From positions 603,694,001 to 603,758,000 of the forward strand of contig NW_027362762.1 of NCBI RefSeq assembly GCF_046119375.1: a stretch of 64,000 bases of DNA, written 5' to 3'. The notes below the pieces were generated by a model. That model saw only the letters and a list, made by a program, of their open reading frames with translations. It made no database searches and was not told the DNA's origin. Position 1 is the first letter of the stretch. Every line of letters starts with the position of its first letter. This document shows, one piece after another, positions 63,101 through 64,000 of this stretch. Source of the stretch: Phyllobates terribilis (Eukaryota). The position numbers and the translations under genes were made by a program.

Positions 63101-63677
63101 GTGAGAACAGTTTGCCTGGGCGGTAAGGTGAGCGCTGCAGCTGCTGGCACTATTATTTTCCCCAGGATCTTCCCTACACTCGACATCTCCTGAGCCTGGG
63201 CAGCTCGGATTAGTAGTTGAAAGATCCTCCTTTGGAGAGTTCGCGGGTCCCAATGGTCTAGAGGAATCTCCTTCGGCTCACTAAGCAGGATTTGCACGAT
63301 CTCTTTCAGCACATTCATTCCGAGGGTCACCGGGGGTCCACTTCCTGTTCCCCCTGCGACCAGGATGACTCCTTTTTTTCCCCACACCTTTTCCACACAC
63401 TCGGATCTTCATCCACACCACCCCTGCGACCGGGATGGGTAATTGATTAGCTGCTGTGACGAATTACTGGTCCCCATTCAGGCTGCGCTATCTTAGGAAA
63501 TCGCTGTTGGAAGTAGGCTTCTGTCATCGTAGTCACCTGGGATCCTGTGTCAATCAGGCAGTGAACAGCCCGACCGCTTATTTCGGCCCAGACAGTCAGG
63601 CTGCTGGAAACTAGGTCCTTGGGACTTCCTCTTTTTCTTTCCCCTTCCTCAGGCTCCGTGCTGTGTCCCCTGAACAT
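60199..63677 (-). pseudogene. Gypsy pol (protease, RT, RNase H, integrase), disrupted
   Basis: LIDTGSQVT; YPLPRI; LDLASGYWQV; MPFGL; YLDDII; YLGH; HTDGS; IDY; YDQG; GNRACECFNRTL. Split across several ORFs. Confidence 0.92.
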
Positions 63678-63685
63678 GGAGCCAA

Positions 63686-64000
63686 CTAGTTTAATGGCTG
63701 CCGCGACAGGGGCCTCCCTCTGCTAGCACAGCCCCTGGCGTAATGTCCTGCGCCTCCACACTTCCAGAAGGTCATGTCTCTGTCTGTGTAGGGCTGCTTC
63801 ACTTCTCTACGGAACTCTCCTGCAGGGGGGGTCCTGAATTCAATTATTTCCATAACTGGGGCAATCGATCTGGGTATCTCTGGTGTCGGGGCAGGGGGTC
63901 TTCTTGAGATTGGACCATTCATCTCGCATCTCCTGTATCTCCTTTAGCATCTCTTTAGCCCATTCCGGTTCAGCTGCAGGCGGGGTGGGTACCTCATTAC
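63686..64000 (-). pseudogene. Gypsy gag C-terminus with a degenerate zinc knuckle
   Basis: FWKCGGAGHYARGC (CX2CX4HX4C with the first C lost); ends PLN*. Confidence 0.8.

Larger units (their letters stand above)
59404..64000 (-). mobile_element. Ty3/Gypsy LTR retrotransposon, 3' portion (5' end lies beyond the window)
   Basis: gag end, protease, RT, RNase H and integrase in Gypsy order, followed by a purine tract and a TGTAA...TTACA LTR. Confidence 0.92.

Overview
Repeat-dense vertebrate genomic DNA. The repeat repertoire suggests an anuran frog (inference). One host gene is recognisable: PKIB (cAMP-dependent protein kinase inhibitor beta) on the minus strand, with two coding exons (21878-22022 and 7817-7893) joining into a 73-aa protein across a ~14-kb intron. 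The rest is layered transposable elements: several Tc1/mariner copies (one nearly intact DD34E, two DD38E), hAT elements with 8-bp TSDs, Gypsy, BEL/Pao and ERV remnants, CR1/L2/SINE fragments, solo LTRs, MITEs and minisatellites. The standout is a young LTR-flanked element without reverse transcriptase (9913-14441) inside the PKIB intron. It carries an intronless ~893-codon reading frame with a single internal stop, fusing a long coiled coil to captured Fragile-X protein (FXR1-like) KH0+KH2+NES modules with KH1 deleted. A second LTR family (4 insertions) has a tRNA-Ser primer-binding site about 150 bp inside its right terminal repeat; one insertion carries a cold-shock-domain fragment between two non-matching LTRs. 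A TSD-flanked ~550-bp retro-insertion carries a hammerhead ribozyme. All protein and tRNA comparisons were made by eye from remembered sequences; no database searches were run.
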